A DNA stretch of 64,000 bases from Geosiphon pyriformis uo1. Lineage: Eukaryota > Fungi > Glomeromycota. Location: positions 124,001-188,000 of the forward strand of contig JAAOMT010000420.1 of NCBI GenBank assembly GCA_016748015.1, given 5' to 3'. Below are positions 21,801 through 34,300 of the stretch, in pieces; within the stretch, counting starts at the first letter, position 1, and every line of letters starts with the position of its first letter. The notes beneath the pieces were generated by a model that worked only from the letters and a program-made list of their open reading frames with translations, was not told the DNA's origin and did no database searches. The position numbers were made by a program, and so were the translations under genes.

Positions 21801-24800
21801 CACATTCCTTTGTCAGACAAGATAGTTCCACATGCAAGACATGGTTGATTGTCTCACTTTTCTTGTTATTTTGGTCATCCAAAGTGCTCTATGACACATG
21901 CACGGCAGTAGAATCTGGTGGCCATTGAATATTTCTCATCGTCGCCACAGCATGTGCCTATTGACAACAATTTCTTGCCACAATCAACACATATTAGCTT
22001 TGGTTGATGATAATTAGTTGGTGGTGATGGATATATGTGTGAATTATAAGTAGTGGTGTCGGTAAGTGTTGTTTTTTCTTCCTTCTCTTTTCCCTTCTCT
22101 TTATTGCTTTCTTTGTTTTCTTCCCATTTCCAGTTTGATGTCAGTTTGTCATTATCAGTCCAAGTCAGGTTATCTGTTTTCCAGGTAAATTCTGCTTTTT
22201 GTTTTCCTTTCCCATTGTTATTGTTATCCCAGGAAAGTATTGGTGGCAGTTTGTTATAGTCGACATTGGCCCATAATACTTGATATGCTTCCCACGTTGG
22301 TTTGTTTTCTTTCTTCTCGAATTCAATAAACAGTGTTGTTGTCCTGACATTGCTGGGTTTGAAATGGCCACACGTTGCTGGGACTCACGTGTGTTAGCTA
22401 TTTTGGCTGAGTTGGAGTTTCTGAGTGGTCCAGTCAAGCATTGTGTTGGTTTTGGATAATCAATCATTGCCAACGAGTGCTTAATACTGAGTGGCTTCCA
22501 TTACCAGAACTTTGATGAGTATTGTGATGTCATTGACTTCAATAGGGAAGTTATCTATTTTGCCAATTGGAGTTTTAGTAGCTCTATCAGCAGTGATAAT
22601 TCTTATACTGGCAGCGCAATCAACTCAGCGACCTAATTGGTCCATGAGTTGTCTTGTGATGATGCTGTCAGCTGATCCACTATCTAGGATTAGTTTGATG
22701 GGGTGCCCATTAACTTTTGCATCAGTGTACATCACAGTAATAAGTTTTTCCTCAAGTGCTGCTCCACTAAACAATGATGAGTTAATGGTTTTCTCTAATT
22801 TAAAAGGAAAGATGGTGGCAAGAGTTTCATTTTCAGTGACTGTTGCTGGTAGAATATTGTTGGTAAGTGTTGTTGGTGGTTGATTTGATTCTGGGTTGTT
22901 GGAGGTGGTGTCTTCTGGAGTAACCAGAAGACTTAAATAGTTCTGAGAATTTGGGTTCTGGGTGTGACCAGTGCCCAAATTCCAAGATCACAACCCTAAT
23001 GGTGGGGTTGATGAGCTGGAGATCAGTTGGTAGACAACCATCACCAATCTCCAGTTTTGAGTGATTCTAGATCTTGGGTTTCCTAATATCATTTGAGTGG
23101 AGTTTTGGAGTGGTATTTGAATTGGTTGTTGGGGCTGATAAATTATTTGAGACTGCAGCTAATAAATTACTGGTGGCTGTGGTTGATAAATTGGAGATTG
23201 ATATATTGGTGGTTGATAGATTGGTTGCTGTGTTATTGGCAGGTAAATAGTTTGATATTGGTCTTGATTTGGGTAGTGATTCTGAGTCTAAAATCTGCAA
23301 TCGGAGTTTCGATATTGATTTCTTGATCATGGATTGTTGTTATAAAATTGACAGTCAGCTCTAATGTAACCTTGTTTACCACAGTTGTGGTAGACACACA
23401 TCTTTGGCTGTTGCAACTGATTGGTGTAGGATGATGGCTGCGATTGATTTGGGAAACAATTCATGTTTCCTGAATTATTACGTCATTGTGGCAGTTGATA
23501 AATTGCCTGATTGTTGTTAGCTAAGTATCCCTCTAATATCTGATTAATTGTTTCCCTGAATTTCTCCAATTTGGAATCCAATTCAGATGACTTGTTCATC
23601 ACTAGATTAATGGCTTGGATGTGGTTGGCCTTGAACTCAGCTGATTCGAAATCTCTGGTGTGTATGATTGTGTCTTGAAAGGTGTCAGGATGTAACAGAC
23701 GTACATGTTGCAAGATGCTGCTGCACAGGCCATGGATAAACTGGTTGAAAATCTGTGGTGCTGTGAAATAGTTGACGTCAATTACTTGGATTTGGCGTAG
23801 ATTTCTGTGGAAGCATCCCAAATAAGTGGTGACTGCTTCAGTTTCTCCTTGTTTCATGGTGGTAAAAGTATTGACTAGGCAATTGATACTGTTATTGTTG
23901 CTAAAGTATCTTAAAAATTCCACTTTGAAGGCATTGAAGTCTTGTGGTTTATTAATCAAGCTCTGATACCACGAATCAGTGGTATTTTTGAGAAAGTAAG
24001 GAATGGCTTGCATTACTCAGACATCATTCCATCCATTGGCTGTGATGGCTTTTTCCACGTCATTCAGCCATACCTAAGTGTTGTCCTCTTTGCTGGTGAA
24101 ATTGTCAAGTTTTGCAATTGGTGCATAGGCCATTGGATCTAAGTTGGGTTGTTGTAGTGGCTGTTGAAGTGGTTGTTGTTGCATAGGTTGTTGGGGTGGT
24201 AGTTGAAGTAGCTGCTGTATGAGTTTGGCTATTGGATTAATCGGTGGTTAATCGATGACGATTACTGGAGGTAAGTTTTGTTGATTTATTAAATTGGGGT
24301 TTCAATTATCCTGAATTGGCGGTGTTCTAATATTCAGAGTTTCGATTTTGGGGTTTTTTTGATTTGAATTTCTTGGAGTTTGATTATTCGGGGTTTCAAA
24401 TTCCGGGTTTTCAGGGATCAGATTTTGGTAAGTGAACTCTTGATCCTCAGATTTTTTTTTTCTTCTTCTTCTTGTTCCTCTTCTTTGGATAATTCCAATG
24501 AAGTAGCGGTGCTGAAATCTGGTGGTGGTGGTGGTGATCGGAGTCCTGATGGCATTGATGATCACAAGTTAAATTCTTTAAAATACATGCCGTATGGTCC
24601 TAATAACTCTGCTTTTCTTTGTTTACTTTGAAATGGGAATCATCCAAATGCTGATGTCATGTTTGATGTGGCCATGCTGGTAGATGTAATATTAATGGCA
24701 CTTCCGGATGTATAATGGTATGATGGATTAGTTGAGAACTCAACTCTTGTTTTCTTCCAAGTAGGTGGTTGTATTCTTTTGAGTATTACTGTTGGTGTTT

Positions 24801-25134
24801 GCAGTTTTCTTTTGCCTTTTCTCGCGTAAGTAATGGAATATCTTTGCTGTGTGTGGTGTTCAATTTCTTTGTTGATTTCTGTAATGATAAAGGCAAAATT
24901 GTGATTTATTGGCAGGTTGGTATTTTGAATTAATTCACTGTAAAAGGCTTCTCTTGCTGATTTGATATTTACTGGTGTTCCTAACAAATAGACAATTCTT
25001 TTATTGACATAGAAATTGAAAGCTGATTCCACTAATATGTGGTTGTGATTTAATCCTAAATGTTGACAGTAGTGTTAAAATAAGGATTTCATGAATCCTA
25101 GATAGTTTACTTCTATGTTTTCTGATTCTGCCAC
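18873..25134 (-). pseudogene. gag-pol of C (Gag, PR, Zn fingers, dUTPase, RT, RNase H)
   Basis: Track ORFs 24640-25032, 23483-24013, 22625-22978, 20605-21096, 20110-20601, 19840-20061 and 19191-19430; ends LSRMKQI*. Confidence 0.92.
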
Positions 25135-25174
25135 TTTTAAATTTGTGTTGGTGCTGGTTCTCTGTAGGATTATA

Positions 25175-25191
25175 CCTCACAGAGAGCACCA
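25175..25191 (-). promoter_or_regulatory. Primer-binding site of C
   Basis: Reverse complement is TGGTGCTCTCTGTGAGG. Confidence 0.85.
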
Positions 25192-25193
25192 AA

Positions 25194-26064
25194 TGTTACA
25201 GATAACTATTTCTGGTGTTGAATTAAATAACAAATTTGTAACTTGGTACTCAAATCTAGTTGCAATTGATAGTAATCTAAAAATTTGTGTCTGAAGGTTT
25301 GTATTCAAAGGGTTTGGTTGAGTTCTTTGTATAATGGACAGAGATTCAATGATAATAGTTTTATCTGTAGCTTCCCAAAACTGCAGTTTTGTCAATTTCT
25401 TTCTCAGCTTGATGGCCGGTATTCTTCCTGGTAAGCTATTCTCAATCGAGTGTTCTACCCTTATTTCTGGGTCTTTTACCAGTTACATTTATCTTGACGT
25501 CAGTACCCCATGCATTAATCTTCAATAGAGTTAATAAACAACAATAAAATCAAAGCAAAAAAATAAAGAAAAGAAAAGAAAATAAAGAAAGAAAAGAAAT
25601 AAGCCAAGGCAATTTGCAAATTAGTATTTCATTAATAGCCATGATTAAGAGCTATTGTTTTAGTGGGGTTAAGTATCAATTACTATCAACATGAAATATT
25701 AATAGTGGCAGTAAGTTTGAGATAACAAACAGTTATTTATTTGTGGTTTGGAAAGTTGTTTAGATGAAATCTAAACTGAGAGGTTTGTCTCTTTCAGCTT
25801 TTCATACTACTGTTATATATATATAATTGAGATTTCTCAATTCCTCAATTCTTCACAACAGGAATCCTGCAATTTCTGGAATCCTGCAATTTCTTTAAGA
25901 AGAATCCTGGAATTCTGGAATTCTGCAATTTCTTATGAGAATCCTGTAATTCCTGAAATCTTGCAATTCCTGAGAAGAATTCTGGAATTCCACATTTACT
26001 ATGTCTACTTCTGATTGGCTAATAACTATGCTAATATATATTTCCTATATTTCTATGAATAATA
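25194..26064 (-). repeat. 5' LTR of C
   Basis: Full-length family-1 LTR in reverse orientation. Confidence 0.93.
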
Positions 26065-28420
26065 CCAAGCACTTCAGAAACTTTGCACACATGTCTTACC
26101 AAAGAAATGTTCATGACAATTGCAACACCAGAGCCCATATAACCAGAATCTAACCCAAAGGTAAACACCCAGAAACCATCAAACTTATTCATGATCTATG
26201 GGCAAATTTTGTTCTTTAACTTGGTCTCAGTAACAATAGAAATCAAATTGTTTGACTTCTTATGCTAATAAATTATATCATTCTGTTTTGCAGAATTGTT
26301 TATACCCTGAACATTGCAAGTAGCAATTTTCCAAACTAGACTGATTATTGAGATGGAGGAGGAGCTAACAAACCCAAACCAGAACACAAAGAGTTCAATC
26401 TCTCTAAAACCGAACTGATCGAGATTTCCAGAGCCAACATTTTTGATTCCAAATCACCCATTTTGGTGGTAAGCACCTTTGAACTGCTCAGACTCAGTTT
26501 AAGAGCAGTCTTATTGACCAATGGGACAGAAAAAGAAAAGAGTGATACTACACTATTAACCACCATATCTGAATTTAAAGCTGAATCCAAGGAAGGAGCA
26601 ACAAAAGAGGGGAAAACACAAGACAGCAATGATATTGGCACCAGATTCACAAGATTCAATTTTTTTAAAATATCTGAAACCTAATTTGACAAAAGCTCTA
26701 AGGAGCACTCCAAAGAAGCCAGACGTTTGGCTATACCAGAATCATCAAGAGAGTTGGAAGTCATTACCAAGAGATTCACACTTACAAGTGAGCCAGTACC
26801 AGAGGAAACTAACAAAAACACATGAAAAGGAGAACCACCCATAACTTGAGCCCAAGATTTTCCACTAAAAAACACCAGGTGGGCAACTGGAGCCTGCTTT
26901 TTCTTATAAATATTAGCCAAATAGACCTGATCTTGAGAAGACACCACTCTTCTATGACAAACACCAGAATTCCCACCAACTAAATACACATCAGAGATAT
27001 GACTATATTGTTTATACTTGGCACAGCAAGCCAAAGAAAGACCAGCCCAATGCAAATTCACATCTTTATAAACTGGAACAGAACTAATAGTATCCAATTT
27101 AGATGTTTTACTATCAAAACACACAACTACACATCTATCATAAGCATATAAACCAGGATTATGGCCAATAAAACAAGTTTTTCCACCATAAAAATTCACT
27201 AAATCTGATAAATCATAAGCAGTGATGCCAACTGAAAGCATATACAACAAAGTCTAATGTTGATCTCTGGAAACCCATGTTTGTTTATCACCAATGGCTT
27301 TAGCTACACGAACAAAATTCTTTTCCACAAAGACAGACTATTTAGCTGCAACCAAATCAGCTATCTTAGAAAACTCAAACTTCACTAAGATCTTTTGCCA
27401 CAGACCAATCAATTGCACTTTGATTGAAACAATCTTGCCAAACTTGGAAAAAACAGACTCTATAGCCAATTTGGGAAGATTGACTGGGATTTTCTTGGTG
27501 ATTACCTCCCGATTTGAACAGCTATTTACTTTCCTTAGATCATTATTAACAATAATTTTCTCACAGATTGCCAAATTTTTTGTCTTATTCATACTAAACT
27601 CAAAAGTGAAAGAAACTCTAATAATGTCTGGGAATTTTAAAGAAGTTGACGCCCCCCAAAACCATCAATTTGATAGAAAATTTTTTTGATCACAATTAAC
27701 TTATTACTATTTGTTCTTCCTGGTACAGCAGCCAACTCAACATCCAATGTGAATAATTTGACTGGCTCAAAGCTACATTTCTCTAGGACACATAACCCAA
27801 CAGGCAGCAGCTGATTGGAATCATTGAACTTCAAAGAAGAAAGGCCTAACACACTCTTATCATTACTCATAGTGTCAAATATTAGAGCCTTTGGAGAGTT
27901 GTCCAACATATATGTTCGGGTGTGAGTTTTTCTTGGTGTAGTATCATTCATATTGTTATCCTCATCTGATTCAGCATAGTTCATTTTCTCAGCAACCGTG
28001 TTTGTTATATTTTCAACATTTGAGAGACCACTTATACTACTAGCAACACTTCCAACTTCGCTTCCCCAGAATACTGTAGGCTTATTACCAGAAATACTAA
28101 TATCTTCTAGTGCCAAAAAACCAATAGATGAGTTAACCAAAACACCACCAGCTTTGGATTTTTTTGGCTTTTTATATAACACAACATGAGAGTAGACACT
28201 ATTCACACACTTTTTCTTAGTGTTTGGGCAGATCTCTAAACCAGTTGAACCTGAAGCAGAGCCACCAGCAGAAAAGCCTACTGGTTCTATAATAACAAAA
28301 ACAGGTGTATTAGAAGAAATAACTATGAAAAGGTGAACGGAAAAAGGAAAAAAAAGGGTTGTTAAATCTTCAATAAATTTTCACTCTTATCATGGTCAGG
28401 AAATTGACAAGAGAAAGATT
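26065..28420 (-). mobile_element. LINE-1 5' portion: 5' UTR, ORF1 (26345-28290; two RRM-like domains, decayed CCHC, coiled coil) and start of ORF2
   Basis: Track ORFs 27637-28206, 27338-27592, 26681-27250 and 26345-26659 match LINE-2 ORF1; 5' end matches 29270-29320. Confidence 0.9.
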
Positions 28421-29269
28421 TTTATATATTTTTTAATTGTAATATGTTAAGAATCAAGTTATTAAATTTTTTTAATTATTAATTTTATATTTATCTTTCT
28501 ATTTTTATCTTAAAAATATTTTTTGTTAAATTACAAGTTATTTTTGTAAAGTATTAATTATTTTAGTAAAGCTATTTATAATTTTATAATTTTAATACTT
28601 ATTTTTTTAATTAAATTAATTTTTTAAACAAAACAATAAAACAAATAAATTAAATTAAATTAAAAAAATTAAAGTAAAAATAAAAACTAATATTTTATTA
28701 ATAATTATAATTAAAAATTATTGTTTTAGTCTATTAAATTTTTTAAATATTTGACTTTAATATTAAATATTTTATTAAACAAAGTATTAAGTATAAATAA
28801 TTTAAGTGCAGTAACTGTTAAGATAGATTTATAATGTTGCTTTAATTGGCCCAAGTGGCTGGTTACGTGTAGAAAATACATGATTTGTACCTAGTTTAGA
28901 TCACTTAATTTAATGTATTGTGTTAGATGGCATTTGGACCTCATTCATAAAATAAAAAAATAAAAAAAATAAAAATTTAATAATATAAATAGTAATTTAT
29001 ATATTTTGGTAGTTTTAATTAATAAGTTTATTATAAAAAATTAATTTAATTATTAAATAATTTTTTTTAATAATAATATTATATATATAACTTTTATAAT
29101 ATAAAATATTTTTATATTTTTATATTTTTTCTAAATTATTACTAAAATTTTAATATTATGTTATTTAATTATTTTTAAGATATAATTAACTAATTTATAT
29201 TATATATTAACTATTAATTGTTTTTTTTTGTTTTTTTATAAATAATATTAATTATTACAAAATAAAAAA
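28421..29269. other. Extremely AT-rich spacer between head-to-head LINEs
   Basis: Almost no G/C except in the embedded LINE tail. Confidence 0.85.
28830..28976 (+). mobile_element. Orphan LINE 3' UTR with poly(A) tail
   Basis: Matches 36037-36155 (e.g. cctagtttagatca), followed by an A-rich tail. Confidence 0.85.
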
Positions 29270-29395
29270 ATCTTTTTCTTGTTGATTCTCTGACCATGAC
29301 AAGAATGAAAGATTTTTTGGAGAAATTGCTTTTTTTTCTTCTTTTTCCCTTAGTTTATTCAAGTCATTTCTTTTATTGGACCCTTTTTTGTCATA

Positions 29396-31357
29396 ATAGA
29401 ACTAGTTAGCTCATCTGCTAATGGCTCTGGCTTGACTTTAGCTGGTCTAAAGACCCACATAAATGCTAAAAAGAACTATTTGAATAGTGTGTATTTTCAC
29501 AGTACTTTACAAAAAAAACCAAGAAAGCATGTAGCTAAAAAAAGTGTTATCAATTCATCTGCTGGTCCTTTAAGTCTTAAGGATGTGACAAGCACTGGTG
29601 AGAAGTCTGCTGTATCTTGGAACAGTGAAGTGGGTAGCAAAACTAGTAGTATCAGTGGTCTGTCTGATGTAAAGAACATGAAAAATATGGTCATTAAGAA
29701 AACGAGTTACACAGAGTCTGACAATTTGGTGGTCAATGAGAACATAGACAACACAATGTTATGAAAAACTCACGCCTGAACATACATGCTCAGCCAACTT
29801 TCAAAAGATCTAGTATTTACTTATATGAGCAATATTGACAACAATGACACTATATTGTTTTCATCATCTAAGTTTATTGGTTCTAAGTGTCTCCTATTGG
29901 CTGAGTCATATGTTTCAGAAAAACAGAGCTTCAATTCAACCAAATCTTTTGCTCTTAATATTGAGCTTTTAGCTGTGCCTGGAAAGACTGTTGGTGATAA
30001 GTTAATCTGTGTGAAAAAATTTTTTTATTAAATAGATGGTTTTAGGGGAGCTTTTACTCCTTCAAAATTCTCAGGGATTGTCAAATCTTCATTTACTTCT
30101 AAAGCTAGCATGAATAAAACAAGAGAATTAGCAATTTGTGAGAAAATTGTGGTAAATAATAACCTCAAAAAGGTTAACAATCATTCAGATAAAGAAATTA
30201 TTGTCAAAAAAATTCCAGTTGATCTTTCCAAATCGGCTGTGAAATCTGTTTTTTCCAAATTTGGTAAGGTAGTGTCTATCAAAATGCAATTGATTGGTTT
30301 GTGGCAGAAAGCTTTGATTGAGTTTGACTTGTTAGAGGTGGCTAATTCAGTTGTCTCTAAGTGGTCTGTTCTTATAGGAAAGAATTCTGTGTGGATGGCA
30401 TTAGCTGTTAAGGATAAACAATCTTGGATGCTTAGGGATCAGCATAGAGCCTTGCTTTATACTTTACCAGTTAGTACTACTGCTTATGATTTGTCTGGTT
30501 TGCTTGATTCATATGGTGGGAAGACCTGTTTTATTGGTTGCAATACTAGCTCTTATGTTTATAACAGATGTGTTGTGATTTGTTTCATTGATAAAACATC
30601 CAAGTTGGCTGCAATTAGATCTGTTCCAGTTTTTAAGAGTACAAGTTTGCAATGGGCTGGTTTTTCCCTGACTTGTTGCACCAAATGTAAACAATTTGGT
30701 CACATCTTTGATGCATGTTTGTCTGGTGAGATTTCTGGGATTCGTGGAAAGCAGATGGTGACTGATTAAGATTGGGTCTGTCTGGCTGGTATTTATAAGA
30801 AAAAGCAAGCTCCCATTGCTCATTCAGTTTCTTTTGGTGGTAAAACTTGGGCTCAAGTAGTTGGTAGTTTCTCTTTTTGTGTTGTTCCCTTGGTTTCTTT
30901 TGGTGCTGTCTCATTCTTTGCTGCTAAAAAATTTTTATCCACTCTTGCTCTGCCTGGTACCCATAACTTGTATGGTCGTTTGGCTTCTTTAGAACACTCT
31001 CTAGAACTTTTGGCTGACCAGGTTTCTGGTATTTTGATGAAATTAGGTTTCTTAGAATTGGTGCCCTTGGCAGCTGCATCTGGTGTTTCTCCTTCTGAGG
31101 TTTCTGTAACTGTGGTTCCTGGTTTGGATTTGGATATGGTTTTGAATGGTGAATCAATGATCTTCACTCCTTCTTCTCTGGTTGTCAATGATACAGCTAT
31201 CACCATAAATCCAAGTAGTTCTAAGGTTTTGACTACTAAAGTCGGTGGTTTGGAATCTAAAATGGTGGCTTTGGAAGTTTCGGTTGAGTCTGTTTTGGAA
31301 AAACTGGATCATTTGTGCTCAGATTTGGGTTTTTCAGCTGCTTTTATTTCTCAATGA
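29396..31357 (+). pseudogene. LINE-2 ORF1 (RRM-like x2, CCHC CTKCKQFGHIFDAC, C-terminal coiled coil)
   Basis: Track ORFs starting at 29432, 29786, 30110 and 30890; probable start decayed ATG>ATA. Confidence 0.88.
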
Positions 31358-34300
31358 GTGTTTTAGTTTGGAAGATTGCCACATGTAATATAAGGGACAT
31401 AAACAATTCTGCAAAACAAGATGATATAATTCATTGGTATAAGGAGTCAAACAATTTGATTTCTATTGTTACTGAGACCAAGTTAAGGGCAAAATTCACA
31501 CATGGATCATGAATAAGTTTGATGGTTTCTGGATGTTTATCTCTGGGTTGGATTTTGGTCATATGGGCTCTGGCATTGTAATTGTTATGAACATTTCTTT
31601 GGCAAGACATGTGTGCAAAGTTTCTGAAGTGCCTGGTCAGCTCCTGTTCATTAAGCTGCTTTTCAAGAATAAACTTTCTGTGTCTATTTTGGGGCTTTAT
31701 GCTGGTGCTTCTTTGGTGGCTCGGTTCTCTTAGGCTGGTGAGGTCAACTTTTTCATTGCTAAGACTGTTAATGAATATTCTTTTATCATTTTGGGTGGTA
31801 ATTTCAATAAGGACAGTTTGTGTAAGAGTGCGAGTTTTAAAAGATGTCTAAACTTGGGACTGGTCAATTTTTTGTCAGGTAGCCCAGTAGTAAAAAGTCC
31901 TACATGAAAAAATTTGAGGAGTGTGAAAAAAACAATTGATTTCATGCTAGTTTTGTCTAATTTGGTTAATGCAGTAGTAGATCACAATGTTGTGGATGTG
32001 AGCAAACATTTCAACACTAATCATTGGGCAGTTTCTGTTTCTGTGGACCTGGGCAGTCTGCTGGATACTCAGTTAAACTTCTTTTGTAAGCAGGCTAATA
32101 GGAATTATTGGAGGTTTGATTTCAGAAGTGCTGATGACAGTAAATAAAAAAATTTTAAAGATGCCACTTCAGCCAATGCTGGAATGTTTGCCAATAAGTT
32201 TGCTACCACTATACAACTTTTGGATTTGGATGTCATGTGGAATGTTTTGTGCAAGATAATGACTCTTTCAGCGAATAGGATATTTAGGAAGAAATAGTTT
32301 AAGGATTTTGATGGAGTTTTTACCAGAGATTTTTCAAGGTTTCATAAGCTGGAGTTGCTGATGTCTAAGCTGGTTAAAGCTTCTTGTTTGGTCTCTAGTG
32401 TAGAATTTGCTTCATTGTTGGATACATGGTGTAGGATCAATGCTAATAGTGCATCAGTGGTAAAGTCTTTATTTCTTTCAGGTTCCAATTTTGACATGAT
32501 TCACTTGGCTCTGGCTAAAATGAGGAAATCTTACTGCTTTTCTAAGTTGCTGGAATTCAGGTGTGCTAAGAAAGCATGTATCAAGGCAGCTATTAATAAA
32601 AAAATGGAAAGTTTTAAATCAGACAAGGGTTACACTATTAGGAGTGTTTTGGAGCACCTCTTTCACAAGGTAGTACTGAATTATCTGGTAATAAGTGACA
32701 AATTGGTATTGGAGCCAAGCCTAGTCAAATCTAGGGTGAATGGGATCATGAAAGGTTGGACCAGAAAGCATAGAGTAATGTTTGACATCTCAGATGAATA
32801 GTTCTGCCAATACTGGCCTTTGGAGTATGTTTTTGATGATGCCTTTTTTGGCATAATGTGTTCTGTTGGTGTTGATGAGTTGCTTGGTGTAGTTTTTAAT
32901 CTTCCCAAGGGTAAAGCTGCTGGTCTCTCTGGGATTTCGAATAAACTCTAGAAACATTGTGATAAATCAGTTTTAGATATGCTTTTGGTGCTTTTGAATT
33001 TTTGTTTAATCTGCAAATCAGTACCTAGTGCTTGGAAGGAAACTTGGATCTTGATAATTCCTAAGCCATATGAATGGAATGAAGTTCTTATGAACACCCA
33101 ACCTATTGCCTTGATTGAAACTGCCTGCAAGATTCTTTCCAAAATTCTCTCGAATAAGATTTTGTTAGCATGTAGTACTTTTGATGTTTTGTGTAGGAAC
33201 AATTTTTTGGTCCTAAGAAGTATGACAATACAATCACCCATTTTTGCTGTTGGTTCAGTGGTTAAAAATGTCTTAGAGAAGGGTCGTGAACTCTGATTGG
33301 TCTTGTAGAACATGCGGAAGGCTTATGATTCTGTTGGGTGGGAGCATCTTCAAAACAGTTTGGTTAGAATAAAGATGTATAGCAGATTCATTAGATTTTT
33401 TGGTAATATTCATAATGATTGTATTAATAGGGTTATGACAGATTTTGGTTTAATAGATGGATACAGAGTGCATGATGGCTTGGACTAGGAGGAGATGTTT
33501 TCATCACTCTTTTAGTGCATATTTTATGATCCTCTTCTGTGTAAAGTCAAGAGACAGGCAGATGGGTGTGAATATAGGTTGAATTCTTATTTTATTTCTG
33601 GATGTGGTCATGCTAAATCTTGGGCTGGTCTCTCCTCTTTTTTCACTGCGGGTGCCTTTGTTGATGATACTATATAGGTTGGCAGTAGTCGAAGTGCTAC
33701 ACAGCACATTCTCAATGTTGCTAGTAAATTTTTTGATATCAATGATATTTCAATTAATAATAATAAGACTGTGGTCATTCCCATCAATTACAAGGTTGCA
33801 GATTCTTCTCTGTTGATTAGTGGGTCACCTATTTCTATTGCCAAAAGAGGAGAATCACATCACTATTTAGGGATCTATCTGTCAACTAAGGGTTTTTCCA
33901 AACCTAGCTTGGCCAAAACACATTCTAATGTCTGGTTTTTTGCTAATCTGGTCCTCAAGAAGGCAGTATCTGATAAGCAGTTTTCATATTTGGTTTCAGC
34001 AGTCCTCTTTCCTATTATTGGTTATAGAACACAATTCAGTTATGTTCTTGTTAGTGTTTGTGAAAAGTAGAACACTCTGATTCATAAGGACTTGAAATCT
34101 AAGTCTGGCCTGCCATATGACTTTCCTAGTAATGTGATTCATCATCTTGCTCTGTATGGTTTAAAGACTTTTAAGCAGATTCAGGCTGAAAATAAGTCAG
34201 CCTTGGTCATTTCTGTTGCAAACTCTATTGGTATTTTGGGTCATCTATTCTCTCACTGGTTATATAATCTTCAGATCCTCTGCTGACATCCATTTTATCC

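Larger units (their letters stand above)
16090..26064 (-). mobile_element. LTR retrotransposon C (family 1) in LINE-1 ORF2; TSD CCAG/CCAA
   Basis: LTRs at 16090-16885 (U3 start deleted) and 25194-26064; flanks rejoin to LINE gctggCCAGgcacttcagaaac. Confidence 0.95.

Noticed and set aside
29239-29258. Possible LINE-2 TSD (taaataat..ttaattatta, also at 36155-36173)
   Set aside because: It is an imperfect match in very low-complexity AT sequence and cannot be told from chance.
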